From an uncultured delta proteobacterium (GTDB taxonomy: Bacteria; Desulfobacterota; Desulfobacteria; Desulfobacterales; JAFDCJ01): a stretch of 64,000 nucleotides of DNA. The DNA is taken from the NCBI GenBank assembly GCA_963769935.1, contig CAVYNY010000017.1:96001-160000 (forward strand). The letters run 5' to 3'. Positions 60,999-64,000 of this stretch are shown here, piece after piece. The first letter of the stretch is position 1. Each line of letters begins with the position of its first letter. The notes beneath the pieces were generated by a model that saw only the letters and a list, made by a program, of their open reading frames with translations, was not told the origin of the DNA and ran no database searches. The position numbers were made by a program, and so were the translations under genes.

Positions 60999-61877
60999 AT
61001 GAAGACGTTGGTTGCAAAACTATATATCCTGGGGTCTTTGGCTTTAACGGTGATTTTTATCATCATTATCTGGAAGGTGACTTTCGGGCATATTGTCGAA
61101 GAGTATCGCGCCCGCAAGGTGAATGTAGAACTCGCCCAAATAAAAGAAAAGCAGCAAAAGGAAAAAGAGGCAGTCACATTTCAAAAAGCGATTCTGGAAG
61201 GCGAGAAGCGCCAAAAGATTTACCTCGGCTACCGGGTTTTGGAGCAAAGGTGGATAGAAGGCCATTTTCATCACATTGATTTTGATTTCAAGCCGGACAA
61301 GACAAATTACTGCATTGAATGCCACGGCGACCTGCCCCACGACAAGATCAAGGAGTTACGGGCGTTCGGCAATATGCATGCCTCTTTTATGGCCTGCGAG
61401 ACCTGTCATGTCAGGCTTGAGGGGGAAGCCCGGACCGGTGTGTTCAAATGGTACGACCGCCAGGCCGGTCAGATTGTTGAAAGTCCGGTGAAAGAAGGGG
61501 TTCGGCCCGGCATGTATAACGCAAAAATTCTGCCGTTTGAGCGGGTTAACGGACAGCTGCAAAGAGTCGACAATCCGGAAAGAATTGCATTCGCGCACGA
61601 ATACCAGAAAACGGAAAAAGACCTGACCGAGCTGCAAAAGTCCAAGGCCAGAAAAATCATTCATAACATCGTCAGTGAAAAACCCTATTTATGCGAAATG
61701 TGCCACCAGACGGAGAATCCGGTTTTGCCGCTCAAAGAGCTCGGATATCCGCAGCACCGCATTGATACGATCGTCAGCACCGAAGTCATCGGGATGATCA
61801 AAAATTACACCAAGTTCTATATTCCATTGCTGCTGGAGCCCGGGGCGGGAACCCAAGCCCCGGCCCCGCAGCAGTAA
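60999..61877 (+). CDS. Membrane-anchored triheme cytochrome c
   Basis: N-terminal TM helix; CIECH, CETCH, CEMCH; resembles the C-half of 57543..58520. Confidence 0.85.
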   Translation: MKTLVAKLYILGSLALTVIFIIIIWKVTFGHIVEEYRARKVNVELAQIKEKQQKEKEAVTFQKAILEGEKRQKIYLGYRVLEQRWIEGHFHHIDFDFKPDKTNYCIECHGDLPHDKIKELRAFGNMHASFMACETCHVRLEGEARTGVFKWYDRQAGQIVESPVKEGVRPGMYNAKILPFERVNGQLQRVDNPERIAFAHEYQKTEKDLTELQKSKARKIIHNIVSEKPYLCEMCHQTENPVLPLKELGYPQHRIDTIVSTEVIGMIKNYTKFYIPLLLEPGAGTQAPAPQQ

Positions 61878-61945
61878 ATATTTAAACAACTATGAACAAT
61901 ATTGAGGCAATTGAAGCCTATCAGAAGGTCTTAAACCTGTCGGCC

Positions 61946-62033
61946 TTGGAGTAATGGAGTGATGGAGTATTGGAGTGTTGGAGTATTGGAAAAAGACATC
62001 AAACCTTTAGCCATTTCTCCAGTACTCCAATAC
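61946..62033. repeat. Inverted array of TGGAGTRN octamers
   Basis: TGGAGTAATGGAGTGATGGAGTATTGGAGTGTTGGAGTATTGG ... CTCCAGTACTCCAATAC. Confidence 0.8.
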
Positions 62034-62122
62034 GCTGAAACCGATTTAAATTGAAACCGCACACAACAGGTTACCTTCGTTTGGTTCATAGATCCGAAAA
62101 ATAAAGATAGAGGAGAACTGCT

Positions 62123-63280
62123 TTGGGAATTGGCAGATTAAGCGCTTTTACATCCTGTATTTTTTCCGTTCTTTTTTTGTTGCTGTCTTCCGGCATGGCC
62201 CTGGGAACAAATGCCGTTTCCGACACGGAAAATTGTCTGCTGTGCCATCGATATCCGAGCATCGGCAGATATGATGAAAGCGGAACCAAAAGGGTTTTTT
62301 ATGTCAACGATAAAAAATTTGCCGCCTCAGTTCACGGCAAATTGAAGTGTAAAGATTGTCATGTCGACCTCAACCAGATACCGCACACGGATGTCAAAAA
62401 GGTTGATTGTGCCACCAAATGCCACATCAAGGAGCCCTCAACCAATCAGGAATTCTCCCACATCAACATGATTGAAAAATTCGAGGCCAGCGTCCATGGA
62501 GCCGGAACGGCCGAAAATCCCAAACCTTTTCCCGAAGATTTGCCCACCTGCAAATACTGCCACGAAAATCGCATGTACAACCAGTTGGATGGGGTATGGG
62601 GCAACAGCGCGGCCCTGTCCAATGAAACTCTGGCGCGCTGTGTCGGCTGTCACACGAAGGAAAGCTGGGCTCAAAATTTTTACGCCCATTTTACCCATCG
62701 CATGCGGCGCCGCCGGACCCAGGCCGAAGTCGTAAAATTGTGCACCAGCTGCCATGAAGATACCCATAAAATGGCGCGCCACGGTCTGGAGAGTATTGAG
62801 ACTTATAAAGACACTTTTCACTGGAACCTGGTCAGGTACGGCGTCAAAAACGCCCCGGACTGCATCAGCTGCCATGTACCGGTCGGTTATGCCACTCACG
62901 ACATACGCCCCCGAAGTGATCCGATTTCACCGCTTCACATTTTCAACCGCATCAAGACCTGCAGCAACCAGGGCGGGATTCAGATCTGTCATCCCGGGGC
63001 GACGGCCGAGTTTGCCACCGGCAGAGTGCATGCGTACGGCACAAAAGTTCAGATGCTGGCCGGCACCAACTTCAGTGATTTCAGTAATAAGGAAATGACC
63101 AGCGTACTCAAACGGGCCGAAGCCGATACATCTGAAGCAGAAGTTTTTGATTACAAGGTGCTGCAGTTGATCAAGCTGTTTTATAAAATCATGATCGGCG
63201 GGACGGTTTTGTTTATGGGCTTTCATCAATGGCTGGATTTTTTGCGGACAAAAAGAAGGCAGAAGCAGTCAAAAAAATAA
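62123..63280 (+). CDS. Membrane-anchored multiheme cytochrome c, paralog of 59043..60119
   Basis: 6 CxxCH + CATKCH + CSNQGGIQICH; C-terminal TM helix. Confidence 0.85.
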   Translation: MGIGRLSAFTSCIFSVLFLLLSSGMALGTNAVSDTENCLLCHRYPSIGRYDESGTKRVFYVNDKKFAASVHGKLKCKDCHVDLNQIPHTDVKKVDCATKCHIKEPSTNQEFSHINMIEKFEASVHGAGTAENPKPFPEDLPTCKYCHENRMYNQLDGVWGNSAALSNETLARCVGCHTKESWAQNFYAHFTHRMRRRRTQAEVVKLCTSCHEDTHKMARHGLESIETYKDTFHWNLVRYGVKNAPDCISCHVPVGYATHDIRPRSDPISPLHIFNRIKTCSNQGGIQICHPGATAEFATGRVHAYGTKVQMLAGTNFSDFSNKEMTSVLKRAEADTSEAEVFDYKVLQLIKLFYKIMIGGTVLFMGFHQWLDFLRTKRRQKQSKK

Positions 63281-63339
63281 GGCATAATCCGGGATCATAA
63301 ATAACTATTGTAAGACATATTTCCTGAAAGGCCGCTAAC

Positions 63340-64000
63340 ATGGAAATTGAAGAATCAGTATTAAGCGCTGCTGCCGCACCGCCTGTCGAAAATGTCAGGG
63401 GCAGTCGGTATTTTGTGCGACTCAACTATTCCGAAAGGGTGCAGCATTCGGTGTTTGCCATGTGTTTCATTGTCCTGGTCATCACCGGATTCATGCTCAA
63501 AATTCCGGACAGCATCGTGAAGTCCTTTGGAACGGCGGGCGAGATCGTGTTCAGCTACCGCAGCATTTTGCATCGCACGGCCGGCATAATTATGATGCTG
63601 GTGGGTGTCTATCACTTTTATTATCTGATCTTTAAACGGGCGGGCCGTCGCTGGCTGATCGACATGCTGCCGCGCTTAAAAGATTTAAAAGATATGTGCG
63701 ATAATTTCCTCTATTACATCAACCTGAAAGAAGAACCACCTGAATTTGATCGCTTCAGCTATAAACATAAAATCGAATACGGGGCCCTGATTGCCGGCAC
63801 CACGATCGTATCGGTTACCGGACTGATCTTGTGGTCGCAGTACAAATGGAGCAAATTTGTCGTGGACATTGCGGCTCTTGTCCACGGCATGGAAGCCATT
63901 CTTGCGTGTTTGGCAATCATGATATGGCATCTGTATGAAATCCATTTCAGACCGCACAAATCTCCGCTGGACAATACGTGGCTTACCGGAGTGATCGATG
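63340..64000 (+). CDS. Second di-heme cytochrome b; runs off the window (absent from the ORF track)
   Basis: Manual translation: ERVQH, ITGFMLK, LHRTAG, DRFSYKHKIEY, VHGMEAILA, WHLYEIH. Confidence 0.88.
   Translation, partial: MEIEESVLSAAAAPPVENVRGSRYFVRLNYSERVQHSVFAMCFIVLVITGFMLKIPDSIVKSFGTAGEIVFSYRSILHRTAGIIMMLVGVYHFYYLIFKRAGRRWLIDMLPRLKDLKDMCDNFLYYINLKEEPPEFDRFSYKHKIEYGALIAGTTIVSVTGLILWSQYKWSKFVVDIAALVHGMEAILACLAIMIWHLYEIHFRPHKSPLDNTWLTGVID

Noticed and set aside
56022..62033. CRISPR arrays in the intergenic repeats
   Set aside because: Units are 7-8 nt with no unique spacers, and no cas genes are present

Overview
Bacterial window, most likely Desulfobacterota (inferred from TunR, a selenoprotein, sigma54 control and Geobacter-type cytochromes; there is no marker gene here). 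Bases 1-31.6 kb are an accessory patchwork: a branched-chain amino acid ABC system, Mo/W homeostasis (ModE, TunR and a MOT1-type transporter, with operators visible), a NapC/NirT plus octaheme HAO-like pair, two ArsR-controlled arsenic/thiol-redox operons, several gene relics and an unannotated CxxU selenoprotein. Bases 32-64 kb are an intact extracellular electron transfer supercluster with 95 canonical CxxCH motifs (hand count). It holds an OmcS-type nanowire hexaheme behind a c-di-GMP-I (GEMM-I) riboswitch, a shortened OmcS paralog lacking the polymerisation His, 16-, 20- and 26-heme cytochromes, three NHL propellers, a SurA-like chaperone, a YVTN propeller, an outer-membrane barrel, CsgG-like proteins, a heme-c sensor kinase with a sigma54 activator, and two tandem cytochrome c/b (split CbcL-like) modules. 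Two near-identical divergent sigma54 control regions sharing a tandem TGGTGAAATCACCA enhancer tie the nanowire and inner-membrane halves into one predicted regulon. All family assignments come from motif recognition, not database searches.
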